64,000 nucleotides of DNA from Gemmatimonadales bacterium (lineage in GTDB: Bacteria; Gemmatimonadota; Gemmatimonadetes; Gemmatimonadales; GWC2-71-9): positions 860,604 to 924,603 of the forward strand of contig JBAOHR010000007.1 of NCBI GenBank assembly GCA_037045245.1, in the 5' to 3' direction. Shown here piece after piece: positions 29,401-39,768 of the stretch (its first letter is position 1; every line of letters starts with the position of its first letter). Position numbers and translations under genes: made by a program. The notes beneath the pieces were generated by a model. It made no database searches. It was not told the origin of the DNA and worked only from the letters and a program-made list of their open reading frames with translations.

Positions 29401-29641
29401 CGGCCGCGAGGACCGGGACGATGTTCGCCTGCTGCAGCGACGCCGCCAGCAGGATCTCGCGCTCGAATCGCTCGGCGTTGATCCCCTGCGCCAGCTCCGG
29501 CGAGAGGACCTTGATCGCCACCGAACGGGCGAGTCGCACTTCCGTCGCCAGGAAGACCCGCGACATCCCGCCGCCGCCCAGTTCCCGCTCGATGCGGAAG
29601 GCGTCGCCGAGATGAGCCTGCAGCTGGGCGCGAAGATCCAC
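26439..29641 (-). pseudogene. Ser/Thr kinase - TM - TPR repeat protein (~1065 aa), readable only across five frame changes
   Basis: Kinase domain 28877..29641 ([35 protein letters not shown]). The continuation follows five further track ORFs: [16 protein letters not shown] (28630..29160), [21 protein letters not shown] (28437..28880), TM region (28046..28765), second TM region (26716..28593), and TPR region 26439..28199. Each switch is a -1 shift in plus coordinates, equivalent to a 1-nt insertion. Confidence 0.8.
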
Positions 29642-29739
29642 GGGGATCCTTGGACCTGGGGGAGAGGGCGGGTTGGACGTGGGGAGACCGTATAAGTCTA
29701 GGGCTGGCGCGGGGTTGGCGCCAGTTGGAGGTTGCCCGT

Positions 29740-29785
29740 GTCATCCTGAGCGGAGCCCGCGAAGCGGGCGGAGTCGAAGGACCTC
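29740..29785. repeat. half copy of the GTCATCCYGAGCG palindromic element
   Basis: GTCATCCTGAGCGGAGCCCGCGAAGCGGGCGGAGTCGAAGGACCTC has the same left arm as the copies at 40476 and 42783. Confidence 0.6.
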
Positions 29786-29836
29786 AGCATGACATGCTTG
29801 AACGGCGGGCTCCGCCACCGTGATCCCCACCCCCCA

Positions 29837-29889
29837 TTGACAGAACCGGGACCTATGGTGAAATATCAGCAGTGCTGAATTATCAGCAG
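29837..29889 (+). promoter_or_regulatory. candidate sigma70-type promoter and operator upstream of blaI-like gene
   Basis: TTGACA (29837-29842), 16 nt, TGAAAT (29859-29864). Then the palindrome TCAGCAgTGCTGA (29866-29878) lies inside a direct repeat ATATCAGCAG / TTATCAGCAG. A GGAG sits 6 nt before the ATG at 29912. Confidence 0.3.
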
Positions 29890-29911
29890 GAACCCGCACC
29901 TCGGAGTCCCG

Positions 29912-30304
29912 ATGTCCAAGCCGTCCCTCACCGATGACCTCTCCCGCCGCGAGCGCCAGGTCATGGACGCCCTCCACCGCCGGGGCGAGGCCACCGTGGC
30001 GGAGATCCTCCGCGACATCCCCGACCCGCCGTCCTACTCGGCGGTCCGGTCGATCCTCCGGATCCTCGCCGAGAAGCAGCTGGTGACCTTCCATGAGGAC
30101 GGACCCCGGTACGTCTATCGCCCCGCCACCCCGACGACCCAGGCGCGCGCCGACGTCCTCAAGCAGGTGGTGCACACCTACTTCGCCGGGTCGGCCGAGC
30201 AGGCGTTCACCGCCCTGCTGCAGATGGCCGACGCGACCCTCACGCCCGACGAACTCGCCCGCATCCGCGAGCGGATTCGCGACGCCGAAGCGAAGGGGCG
30301 CTAA
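29912..30304 (+). CDS. BlaI/MecI/CopY family transcriptional repressor
   Basis: 130 aa. LSRRERQVMDALHRRGEATVAEILRDIPDPPSYSAVRSILRILAEKQLV is the family winged helix. Directly followed by an M56 peptidase gene. Confidence 0.85.
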   Translation: MSKPSLTDDLSRRERQVMDALHRRGEATVAEILRDIPDPPSYSAVRSILRILAEKQLVTFHEDGPRYVYRPATPTTQARADVLKQVVHTYFAGSAEQAFTALLQMADATLTPDELARIRERIRDAEAKGR

Positions 30305-30307
30305 CCG

Positions 30308-32281
30308 ATGACCCTCACTTCATTGCTCGGCATCGGGACCCCCTCCGGTCCGACGCTTCTCCTGGTGCTCAAGGCCACCACGATCCTGCTGGTGACCGTC
30401 GTGCTGGCCGGCGCGCTGCACAAGGCCGCCGCCGGTGTCCGCCACCTGGTCTGGTTGGTGGCGATCGCCGCAGTGCTTCTGCTTCCGGCGCTCGCGCGGT
30501 GGATGCCGCTCGACCTGCCGGTGCTCCCCGCCGCGGCCACCGTTGCCACCGTGACGCCGCCCACGGTCAGCAATCCCGAGATCACCATCGGCGCCCCCGC
30601 GCAGCAGCAGTCAACGCCGAGCGTCACGCCGGTCACCTCCACGCCGACGCGCACGCTGCCATCGATCGGCACCATGCTGATCGGTCTCTGGGCCGCGGTC
30701 GCGCTGCTGCTGATCGCGCGGCTGATTCACGGCACCCTCGCCGTGCAGCGGATCGTGCGCAACGCGAAGCCGCTCGCCGACGACGACTGGAACGATCGCC
30801 TCTATGATGTGGCCGATCGCCTCGGCATCGCCCGCGCGCCGCGCGTCGTGAAGAGCGAGTCGATCCACGTCCCGTTCGCGACCGGGCTGCTCAACGCCAC
30901 GATCGTCCTCCCGGCCGAGTGCGACAGCTGGACGCCGGGGCAGCGCGACGCGGTGCTGATTCACGAGCTCGGTCACGTGCGTCGCCGCGATCTCCTCGGC
31001 CACACGCTTGGTCGCGTCGCCTGCGCCGTCTACTGGTTCCACCCGCTGGTCTGGACCGCCGCGCGTCGTCTGCGCGACGCCAGCGAGCGCGCCTGCGACG
31101 ATCTCGCGATCCGTCTGGGTTCGCGGCCGAGCGAGTACGCCGAGCACCTGCTGCAGATCGTGACGGCGGTCGGTCGTCCGGCGGTGCCGAGCGTGGCGCT
31201 TGCGATGGCGCAGCGGAAGGAGTTCGAGGGGCGGATGCTCGCGATCCTCGATCCGGCGCTCCGCCGCGAGGCGCCGCCGCGCTGGCAGGTGGCCTCGATC
31301 ACCGGTGCACTGATGGTGATGTCGTTGCTGGTCGCGGCGGCCGCACCGGCGCCTGCGCCGGCAGGCCAAGCCGCTCGAGCTCGCGAACAGCGCGACGAAG
31401 ACGGTGCTGGCCGATCCGCCGCAGGATCCGCTGCCGGTCGCGAAGCCGGCGCCGAAGGCATCGCCCGAGCAGGCCACCCCGCCCGATGCGAAGTCGACGG
31501 TGGTAAACATCAATCCCAACGTGCGGATCAATGTCCGTACGTCGGGCGAGTTGCCGGCCGAGATCCGCGATGCCAACCCTGAGCTGCTCGCGAAGATCCT
31601 GCGCACCGACAGCAGCGCCCAAGTGCGGCGCGTGGCGGCGTGGGGACTGCACGATCACGCTGACGTGCCGGTGGCCTTCAGCGCGTTGAGCCAGGCCGCC
31701 GAACGCGATGCCGACGGCGACGTGCGCACGATGGCGGTGTGGGCGCTCGAGGGATCGCGCGACAGCAAGGTCACCGAACTGCTCGGTCGCGTGCTGGCAC
31801 GTGACAGCGACGCCGAGGCGCGCGAGATGGCGGCGTGGGCGCTCGGGCAGTTCGCCGATCCATCGGCGGCCGAACCGCTGGCCGCGGCACTCGCCAAGGA
31901 GGCGTCTGACCGCACCCTCGGCACGATCGCGTGGGCCATCGGCAACATCCCGATGGAGCGTGCACCGGCCAAGCTGACCGCACTGCTCACCAATGAGTCG
32001 AAGCACACCCGGCTCGCCGCGGCGTGGGCGCTCTCGAACATCGCCGACAAGGCGACGCTCCCCGCGATTCGTGCCGCGCTCGAAGCAGCCGCAGGACGGC
32101 AGCACCACGCGCGCGCTGCTGCGCGCCGCGATGGCGATGGACCAGTCACCCGAGGGACTGAGCGACCTGCTCACCTCGTCCGATCCGGGCGTCGCGTGCT
32201 GCGGCCGTCGCGGCGATGTCCGGCAAGAAGAGCCTTGATCCCTGGCCGTGGCCCTGGCCGCGGCCGCGCCCGAACCCTTGA
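30308..32281 (+). pseudogene. BlaR1-type M56 peptidase fused to HEAT repeats, three +1 frame changes
   Basis: The M56 core HELGHVRRRD...WFHPLVW is in 30308..31582. HEAT repeats (VRRVAAWGL, VRTMAVWAL, AREMAAWALG, RLAAAWALS) are in 31404..32348. The text then continues DGSTTRALLRAAMAMDQSPEGL in 31993..32238, and the final frame gives AAAVAAMSGKKSLDPWPWPWPRPRPNP-stop (stop at 32279-32281). Frame order mod 3 is 2,0,1,2. Confidence 0.8.
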
Positions 32282-32374
32282 TCCCCGGCGGCGGCGCGCG
32301 AGCTCCGGCTCGCGCGTGCGCCGCCTTTTCTTGGCCCTGAAGTGCTGATTTTTCACCATACCACGGAGTCCCCT

Positions 32375-33709
32375 GTGCTGCGCATCCTCTGCTCCACCGC
32401 TGCCGGCGTCCTCGCCCTCGGCTCCCTGCACGACCAGGCCGTCGCGACGGCGTCCGCCGACATCACCACGCTGATCGCCGAGACGCGCGGCGCGCCGCCG
32501 ACCCTCTGCCTCCTCGCCGCCGGCGCCATCGGCAACGGCGGCTGGTGGGGCGGCATGCACGCCCCCGTTTCGCCGCTGGTCGAGGGCGACACCTATTCGA
32601 TCCGCACCGGTCGCAACACGCCGCTCTCGGTCGGCGATCGCACGCTGCTGCTCAACTCGATCGTCCTCCCCGACAACTGCACCCGCGAAGTCGCGGTGCG
32701 CCTCCTCGGTCGTGACGGCAGCGATGCCACCGTCGCCGGGCTCACCCAGCACACCACCTCGCGCGATTCGTCGCTGCGCACCGTCGCCGCGTACGGCCTC
32801 GGCCTGATCGAGAAGGCGACCACCGTGCCGACGCTGATCGCGCTGGCTGCCGACGATGCGGTCGGTCCGCGCGCGAATGCGATCTGGGCGCTCGGCCGGA
32901 TCGGCGACGGTCGCGCGACACCCGCCGCGCTCCGTGCAATCGACGATCGCGACGCCACCGTTCGCGAGGCGGCCGCCGTCGCGCTCGGCCAGCTCGACTC
33001 GTCGGCGGCGATCACCGCGCTGATCCGTCACCTGCGCCAGGACCCGAGCGCGAGCGTCCGCCGCGTCTCCGCGTGGGCGCTCGCGCAACTCGAGGCGAAG
33101 ACCGCCGACGGCGCGCTCGGCGAGGCGCTTGCCAACGACAAGGACGCCGAGGTGCGCGAGATGAGCGCCTGGGCGATCGGCAACCTCTCGATCCGTCAGG
33201 GAAACCCGGCGCTGGTGACGGCCGCGAAGTCCGACGCCGATGATCGCGTCCGCGAGACGGCAGTGTGGGCGATTGCCGAACGCGGTGACGCCGCTGCCGC
33301 CGGTGCCGTGGGCGATCTCCTCGCGACCGAGAAGAACCCCGCCGTGCGCGCCACCGCCGCGTGGGCGCTCGGTGAGCTCGAACCGAAGACGGCCCCGCGC
33401 GGCCTGATCAGCGCGTTGACCGACGACGATGAACGGGTGCGGATGAGTGCGGCGTGGGCGCTCTCCGAGATCGGCGACGTCGCTGCACTGCCCGCGCTGC
33501 GCACCGCGCTCTCGCGCCCCGCGACGGAGCGGACACGCAAGGCGCAGATCCGTGCGCTGCTCGAGACCGGTGAGGATCCCGACCGCCTGGTGGAGCAGTT
33601 GAAGTCGCCCGACGCGAGCGTGCGCGTCGCCGTGGCGCAGGCACTCGCGGGCAAGGGCCGCATCAATCCGTGGCCGTGGCCGCAGCCGCGCCCGCGTCCC
33701 TTCCCCTGA
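32375..33709 (+). CDS. secreted HEAT-repeat protein
   Basis: The GTG at 32375 is preceded by GGAG (the track starts at 32342). About 10 PBS-lyase-type HEAT repeats (VR..AAWALG.L). The C-terminus INPWPWPQPRPRPFP is homologous to the tail of the preceding gene. Confidence 0.75.
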   Translation: MLRILCSTAAGVLALGSLHDQAVATASADITTLIAETRGAPPTLCLLAAGAIGNGGWWGGMHAPVSPLVEGDTYSIRTGRNTPLSVGDRTLLLNSIVLPDNCTREVAVRLLGRDGSDATVAGLTQHTTSRDSSLRTVAAYGLGLIEKATTVPTLIALAADDAVGPRANAIWALGRIGDGRATPAALRAIDDRDATVREAAAVALGQLDSSAAITALIRHLRQDPSASVRRVSAWALAQLEAKTADGALGEALANDKDAEVREMSAWAIGNLSIRQGNPALVTAAKSDADDRVRETAVWAIAERGDAAAAGAVGDLLATEKNPAVRATAAWALGELEPKTAPRGLISALTDDDERVRMSAAWALSEIGDVAALPALRTALSRPATERTRKAQIRALLETGEDPDRLVEQLKSPDASVRVAVAQALAGKGRINPWPWPQPRPRPFP

Positions 33710-33773
33710 GCCGACAACCTTTCGACCACGTGGGGGCGTCTCACCCGAGACGTCCCCCAACCAGGACCCCCTG

Positions 33774-36309
33774 ATGCCGTTTCGCCCTTCGATTCTCCCC
33801 TGTCTTCTGCTGCTCACCACGCTGGCCGCGGCATCCGGCGCGGCCCAAGGCATCGCACCCGCCTCGATCACGGCGCAGCGCGTCACCGCGCCACCGGTCC
33901 TCGACGGCGAGGATAACGATCCCTCATGGCGCGGCGTGCCGAGCACCGATGCATTCCGCGAGGTCCGCCCGCGCGAGGATGGTGCACCGCTGCAACGTAC
34001 CGCGTTCCGGGTCGGCTACGACGCGCAGTACCTCTATGTCTTCGTCCGGCTCTTCGACGCCGCGCCCCGACAGCATCGTCGGTCGCTGTCGCGCCGCGAC
34101 GATGAGTCGGTCTCCGACCATGTCACCGTGCTGATCGATTCGTACCACGACAAGCGGACCGGCTTCGAGTTCCAGGTCAATCCGGTCGGCGTGAAGGCCG
34201 ACTACGCCATCTACAACGACGGCGAGGAAGATTCCGCATGGGACGCCGTCTGGGACGTCGCCACGAAGGTCGACTCGCTCGGCTGGACGGCGGAGTACCG
34301 GATTCCGTTCTCGCAGCTGCGCTTCGCCCCGAAGGACGAAGTCACCTTCGGCTTCATGGTGTTCCGCAACCTGCAGCGCTTCACGGCGCAGGTGAGCTGG
34401 CCGATCTACCGCCAGTCGAAGACCGGCTTCGTGTCGCAGTTCGGCGAACTGCGCGGGCTGGTTGGGCTCGCGTCGCCGCGCCGCGCCGAGGTGGTGCCGT
34501 ACGTCGTGGCGCAGAGCGAGCCGGCGCCGGGGACCTTCGATCGCAGCCAGAAGATCTCGGCCGGTGGCGACCTCCGGCTCGCGCTCGCCTCGAACATCCT
34601 GCTCAACGCCACGGTGAATCCCGACTTCGGCCAGGTCGAGGCTGACCCCGGGCAGCTGAACCTCTCGGCGTTCGAGGTTTTCTTCCAGGAACGGCGCCCG
34701 TTCTTCGTCGGCGGGATCGGGGCTCTTCGACTTCCGCGTCAACTGCTTCGTGGTGGTCGACTGCCAGACCGGCGAGGGGCTCTTCTACTCACGCCGGATC
34801 GGCCGCTCACCCGACCTGGCCGGCCGCAATGGTGATGCGACCACGCCGACCTCGACCCGCATCCTCGGCGCGGCGAAGGTGACAGGGCGGCTCCCGGGCG
34901 GGCTCAACGTCGGCTTCCTCGATGCAGCCACCGAACGGGTGGAGGGCATCAACGGCCTCACCGCCGAGCCGGCGGCCAACTACGCGGTCGCGCGTGCGAA
35001 CCAGGACTTCGATGGCGGCAAGGGGAGCGTCGGCGCGATGATGACGTCGGTGTTCCGGTCGCTCGACGCGAGCAGCGAGGCGTACCAGCACTCGAGCGCG
35101 CTGAGCGGCGGCCTCGACGCGCGCCAGCGGATCGGTCTGTACGAGGTCTCGGGTTCGTTGATGGGGAGCCGCGTGGCGGGCACCGCCGAGGCGATCACGC
35201 GGACGCAGTCGCGGGCGGCGCACTACTACCAGCGGCCGGATGACGATCTCGCGCTCGATCCGACGGCGACGTCGCTGAGCGGCACCGCATTCGAGTTCCG
35301 GATCGGCAAGGTCGGCGGACAGAAGTCGCGCTTCGAGACCGGCTACGCGCGCCGCTCGGCCGGCTTCGAGATCAACGACATCGGCTTCCTGAATCGCGCC
35401 AACGAGCAGACGTTCACGAACTGGTACGCGCTGCGCTTCAACAAGCCGACCGCGATCTATCAGCGGCTCAACTGGAACTTCAATTGGTGGCAGTACTGGA
35501 CGCTGGACGGCCTGCCGACGGACCGTGCCTTCAACTCGAACGTGCACGTACAGTTCAACAACCGCTGGTGGCTGCACACCGGCGGCACGATCGGGATCGG
35601 CCAGACCTACTGCGATCGCGACTGCACCCGCGGCGGTCCGGCGGTGAAGGAAGAGCCGGCGTATCGGCCGTGGCTGGGGCTCGAGGGCGACGGCCGCAAG
35701 CCCCTGGTGCCGTCGCTCTGGGTCAACTACTCGAACGCCGACGGCGGGCGCAGCACCAACCTGAGCCTCAACCCGCAGGTGACGCTCCGCCCCTCGAGCC
35801 GCTTCTCGAGCTCGTTGAGCCTGAACATCGGGCGGAACAAGCGCGATGCGCAGTGGTTCGGCAACGTCACCGACAACGCCGGCACGACGCACTACACCTT
35901 CGCCGCGCTCGACCAGCACACGCTCGGCATCACCTGGCGGCTCAACTACACGCTGTCGCCGACGACGTCGTTCCAGTGGTACGCCAACCCCTTCATCACC
36001 AAGGGGACGTACTCGCGGGTGCGCGAGCTCGCCGACGCGCGCGCCAAGGCGTACGACGATCGCTACCAGCCCTATGCCGATGCGCCCGCGAACCCGGGCG
36101 GCTTCAACGTCCAGCAGTTCCGCTCCAACGCGGTCTTCCGCTGGGAGTACATGCCGGGGTCGACGCTCTTCCTGGTCTGGAACCAGGGCCGTGAGGGCTT
36201 CGCCGATCGCGAGGGATCCCGCTCCTTCCGCGGCGACGTGGAGGATCTGTTCAGTCGGCGGGCGGAGGATCGGTTCCTGGTGAAGATGTCGTATTGGCTG
36301 AATCGATAG
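33774..36309 (+). pseudogene. DUF5916-like protein with N-terminal CBM9-like domain, one +1 frame change
   Basis: Signal peptide, then DGEDNDPSW...YDAQYLYVFVRLFD...DSYHDKRTGFEFQVNPVGVKAD...WDAVWDVATKVDSLGWTAEYRIPFSQLRF. The track ORFs 33774..34835 and 34750..36309 join at ERRPFFVGGIG/LFDFRVNCFVVVDCQTGEGLFYSRRIGR, with an extra G in the GGGG run near 34722. Confidence 0.7.
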
Positions 36310-36311
36310 GC

Positions 36312-36339
36312 GTAGGGGCGACGCATGCGTCGCCCGTAC
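36312..36339. repeat. REP palindrome GTAGGGGCGACGCATGCGTCGCCCGTAC (solo copy)
   Basis: The core GGGCGACGCATGCGTCGCCC is a perfect 20-nt palindrome. The identical unit recurs at 37250, 37446 and 37672. Confidence 0.75.
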
Positions 36340-36367
36340 GCAGGGGCAGAGGGGTGACGTGCAGCGT

Positions 36368-36464
36368 GTCATCCCGAGCGAAGCGAGGGAGCTGCGTGAT
36401 CGTGAATGGGCCGAAGTTCTGCTCATTCGCGACTACGCGGGTCCCTCGCTGCGCTCGGGATGAC
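36368..36464. repeat. full copy of the GTCATCCYGAGCG palindromic (MITE/REP-like) element
   Basis: GTCATCCCGAGCGAAGCGAGGGAGCTGCGT ... ACGCGGGTCCCTCGCTGCGCTCGGGATGAC, inverted arms of about 30 nt. Confidence 0.8.
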
Positions 36465-36468
36465 GCGA

Positions 36469-37104
36469 TCACCCCCGCTTCCGTGACCGCCGCGCGCCAG
36501 CCATCCCGACCAACCCGGTGGCGAGCAACGTCAGCGTGGCCGGCTCCGGCACGACGTCGCCGTTGCCGCCCGGCGTCACGAAGCTGACATCGAGCGTCGC
36601 CGGGCCCGCGCTGCCGTAGAAGTTCGTCATGCGGCAGGGATCATCGTTCGGGTCGTTGCAGACCGCGTTCGGATCGAAGAGGGGGTTGGCCACGCTGATG
36701 GTGGTGCCGTCCGGCACCCGCGAGTAGCTCCCCGGGGTCGTGAAGGTCCCCGGCGCGAACCAGAAGAAGGCCGCACCGCCACCGGTCGGATCGTTGGTGG
36801 CCACGTCGAAGTTGAGGAAGCGGGCGCCGATGTACGAGAACCCGGTGCCGAAGCCGTTCGGATCGATCTCGGGCTGGTCGCACAGGTAGTAGTTGGTCCC
36901 CACGGTGCCCGGCGTGATCGAGCAGCTGGACGGGTTCCAGAATCCGCCCGACGTGATGGCGCTCCCGGTGGTGAGGGTGAAGGCGTAGGTCTGGGGTGTG
37001 CCAGTGAAATCCCACGTCCCGCTGAATTGGTACGTCCATTGCGCCGATGCCGGCGCGGCTCCCAGGGCGACCAGGAGCGCCCCCACAATGAATCGACTGC
37101 GCAT
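36469..37104 (-). CDS. PEP-CTERM sorting-domain protein
   Basis: 211 aa with a signal peptide and the C-terminal VPEPATLTLLATGLVGMAGARRSRKRG (PEP motif + TM + basic tail). Confidence 0.8.
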   Translation of the reverse strand: MRSRFIVGALLVALGAAPASAQWTYQFSGTWDFTGTPQTYAFTLTTGSAITSGGFWNPSSCSITPGTVGTNYYLCDQPEIDPNGFGTGFSYIGARFLNFDVATNDPTGGGAAFFWFAPGTFTTPGSYSRVPDGTTISVANPLFDPNAVCNDPNDDPCRMTNFYGSAGPATLDVSFVTPGGNGDVVPEPATLTLLATGLVGMAGARRSRKRG

Positions 37105-37159
37105 GCTGCCTCCAGTATGACGGATGTCCCCGGGGACCCGGTCGGGTCAGGGGGTATCC

Positions 37160-37850
37160 GGTCATGCGCAGGGGGGGCGGGAATTGGCTCATGGGGGGGG
37201 CGGCCGGATGGGCGCGGGGATGGGCCCGCGCGGGGAGGGCTCGCCGTGGGTAGGGGCGACGCATGCGTCGCCCGTACACACGGGGGGATCAACGCGCGCG
37301 GGGGGATCGGCGGGCGCGCGGGGGCGCGCGCGGGGCGGGCGCGCGGGGGCGCGCGGGGGCGCGGGCGCGGGCGCGGGGGCGGGGGCCGGGGGCGCGCGGC
37401 CGGATGCGCGCGGAAATTGGCCCGCGCGGGGAGGGCTCGCCGTGGGTAGGGGCGACGCATGCGTCGCCCGTACACACGGGGGGATCAACGCGCGCGGGGG
37501 GATCGGCGGGCGCGCGGGGGCGCGCGCGGGGCGGGGGCGCGCGGGGGCGCGGGCGCGGGCGCGGGGGCGGGGGCCGGGGGCGCGCGGCCGGATGCGCGCG
37601 GAAATTGGCCCGCGCGGGGAGGGCTCGGCATTGGCGCGGCGCGAGGCCCGCGCGGGCAGGGCTCGCCGTGGGTAGGGGCGACGCATGCGTCGCCCGTACA
37701 CACGGGGGGATCAACGCGCGCGGGGGGATCGGCGGGCGCGGGGGCGCGCGGGGGGATCGGCGGGCGCGGGGGCGCGCGGCCGGATGCACGCGGAAATTGG
37801 CGCGGGCGGGCGCGGGGCCGGGGGCGCGCGGGGGGATCGGCGGGCGTCAG
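37160..37850. repeat. tandem ~196/226-bp GC-rich units, each carrying the REP palindrome (BIME-like array)
   Basis: The unit GGGCTCGCCGTGGGTAGGGGCGACGCATGCGTCGCCCGTACACACGGGGGGATCAACGCGCGCGGGGGGATCGGCGGGCGCG...GGCCGGATGCGCGCGGAAATTGGCCCGCGCGGGGAG is repeated with REP cores at 37250-37277, 37446-37473 and 37672-37699. It abuts the 3' end of the RAYT gene. Confidence 0.85.
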
Positions 37851-38374
37851 CGGCGGATTTTGGCGATGTAGCGCGGAGGGTTGAGCGCGATGTAGCGGCG
37901 AATGATATGGAGCATGGGCTCGGTATCGATGAGACGCTCGTAGTAGTTGCGATGCCAGATGCGAGCCGGCGCATCCGGCCAGCGACGACGGATCTCCCGG
38001 CTCGAGGCGGACTTCAGGGAGCCGACGATGGCGCCCACCGAGCGGGGCGGCGGGCCATGGCCGCTCCACAGCGTGCGATCGCCATCGCCAGCGGCCAGAC
38101 GTCGATCATCGAGATGCAAGAGCCCGTGCACGTGATCGGGCATCACGACGAAGGCGTCGAGCGTCACGCCGGAGAAATGCTCGGGGATCGCATGCCACGA
38201 CGCCTCGACGATTCGCCCTGCCCACGTAAGGCACATGCGGCGGCCCCGCACTTCGGCGAGCAGGCGCTGTCGCTCCCCCGTCCCGAAGGTGAGGAAGTAC
38301 CAACCCGGACTGGCGTAGTGCCAACCCCGAATGCGGATCGACCGGCGGTGGTTGCGTCGCATGCGCTGAAGCAC
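37847..38374 (-). CDS. REP-associated tyrosine transposase (RAYT, IS200/IS605-like Y1 HUH enzyme)
   Basis: 175 aa. [12 protein letters not shown] motif [12 protein letters not shown] and the catalytic-Tyr region [11 protein letters not shown] follow the RAYT/TnpA-REP pattern. Confidence 0.85.
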   Translation of the reverse strand: MLQRMRRNHRRSIRIRGWHYASPGWYFLTFGTGERQRLLAEVRGRRMCLTWAGRIVEASWHAIPEHFSGVTLDAFVVMPDHVHGLLHLDDRRLAAGDGDRTLWSGHGPPPRSVGAIVGSLKSASSREIRRRWPDAPARIWHRNYYERLIDTEPMLHIIRRYIALNPPRYIAKIRR

Positions 38375-38477
38375 GCAGGAAGGACGACTTCCAGCGGCGC
38401 GCGATGATGCGAGCCGGATCGCGAATGCGCGATCAATCGCCGCGGGAGGTCACCGTCATCGTGCTTACCTTTCCGCC

Positions 38478-38825
38478 ATGCCCAACACCCAGCCGCTCCC
38501 GCCCTGCCCGTCCTGCAACTCGCCCTACACCTACGAACAGGCGCCGCTCCTGGTCTGCCCCGAGTGCGGCTACGAGTGGAATGCCGCGGCCGAGCTGGCC
38601 GGGGAGGGGCCGCCGGTGATCCGCGACGCCAACGGCACCCCGCTCGCCGATGGCGACACGGTGACGGTCATCAAGGATCTCAAGATCAAGGGATCATCCC
38701 TGGTCGTGAAGGTCGGCACCAAGGTGAAGAACATCCGGCTCGTCGACGGCGACCACGACATCGATTGCAAGATCGACGGCGTGGGGTCGATGGGATTGAA
38801 GTCGGAGTTTGTGCGGAAGGTGTAG
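38478..38825 (+). CDS. phnA: zinc-ribbon protein PhnA
   Basis: 115 aa. [25 protein letters not shown] followed by [61 protein letters not shown] is the PhnA sequence pattern. Confidence 0.9.
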   Translation: MPNTQPLPPCPSCNSPYTYEQAPLLVCPECGYEWNAAAELAGEGPPVIRDANGTPLADGDTVTVIKDLKIKGSSLVVKVGTKVKNIRLVDGDHDIDCKIDGVGSMGLKSEFVRKV

Positions 38826-38841
38826 GGGCGCGCCAGAAATT

Positions 38842-39006
38842 GTCATCCCGAGCGAAGCGAGGGACCTGCGTACTCGCGATCACGCAGATCCCTCGCTACG
38901 CTCGGGATGACATGGCCGAGAGGTCCTTCGACTTCGCGCCGGCTGCGCCATCGCTACGCTCAGGATGACACACTCCGGGCACCCCCCTCACCCCTCACCC
39001 CTCACC
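38842..39006. repeat. 1.5 copies of the GTCATCCYGAGCG element followed by CCCTCAC heptamers
   Basis: Full unit at 38842-38911 (GTCATCCCGAGCGAAGCGAGGGACCTGCGTACTCGCGATCACGCAGATCCCTCGCTACGCTCGGGATGAC). Right half-unit GAGGTCCTTCGACTTCG..GCTCAGGATGAC runs to 38969. CCCCTCACCCCTCACCCCTCACC is at 38984-39006. Confidence 0.8.
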
Positions 39007-39757
39007 GATCCAGATCCCGCCGCGCCTTCCCCACCTGCAGCGCGATCTCCGGATAGCCGGGCCGCGCAATCGAGCCGAGCAGCACGCCGCGCTTGAGGCG
39101 CTGCTCCTCCCCGTGGCTGAGCCGCCGGACGAAGAGGTCGAGCTCCTCGCGGTTCTTCCGGCGATCCGATTCCTTGGTCCGATCGAGATAGACCAGCTCG
39201 TGGACCACGTAGACCGCGCGCGTCGCGCCGATCGAGGCGGCGTAGGCCATCGTCGCGGCGGCGCCCATAAGTAGGTCATGCCGCAACTCCTCGAGGTGCG
39301 GGAGTCCGGCCTTCCACGGCGGCAACAGCGCGGTGGCGAGTCGCTGGATGCGCCCCACCACGGGCGACGCTTCGTCGCGCCCGATGGCGCGGGCGGCATC
39401 GACGAGGACGTTGCCGAGTCGATCCCCGAAGCGTTCATCGGCAATCGCGTCGACGACGATCGCAAGCGGGCCGTCCTCGCAGTGCGCGGCGATCGCGAGG
39501 TCGGCGATCCAGCTGGTGTCGTCGACGGGGATGGTGGGGTGGACGTGTATGCTGCCGAGGGTGAGGCCGACGAAGCCGCCGCTGTCGAGCAGCGCCGCGA
39601 ATTCGTCGGGCTCGCTCGCCCGCCGGCCCTCGGGCCACCAGGCCCGCGCGAGCGCGCGCGCGCTGCGGCCGTCCTTCCATTGCTTGGGGGGAATTGCGGC
39701 GGCCCAATCATCGATCGTGGTGACGGGGCCGTGGTCGGTGCGGAGGGTGATGGGCAT
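39002..39757 (-). CDS. hypothetical protein
   Basis: The ATG at 39757 gives MPITLRTDHGPVTTIDDWAAAIPPKQWKDGRSARALARAWW. The track ORF extends to 40078 through repeat DNA. No family assigned. Confidence 0.5.
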   Translation of the reverse strand: MPITLRTDHGPVTTIDDWAAAIPPKQWKDGRSARALARAWWPEGRRASEPDEFAALLDSGGFVGLTLGSIHVHPTIPVDDTSWIADLAIAAHCEDGPLAIVVDAIADERFGDRLGNVLVDAARAIGRDEASPVVGRIQRLATALLPPWKAGLPHLEELRHDLLMGAAATMAYAASIGATRAVYVVHELVYLDRTKESDRRKNREELDLFVRRLSHGEEQRLKRGVLLGSIARPGYPEIALQVGKARRDLDR

Positions 39758-39768
39758 GCGGGAATGTA

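Noticed and set aside
37124-38069. Many 140-200-aa ORFs on both strands across 37.1-37.9 kb (RGGARGAG.., PRAPPRAR.. peptides).
   Set aside because: They are translations of the GC-rich tandem REP/BIME units. The identical peptide blocks simply mirror the DNA repeat.
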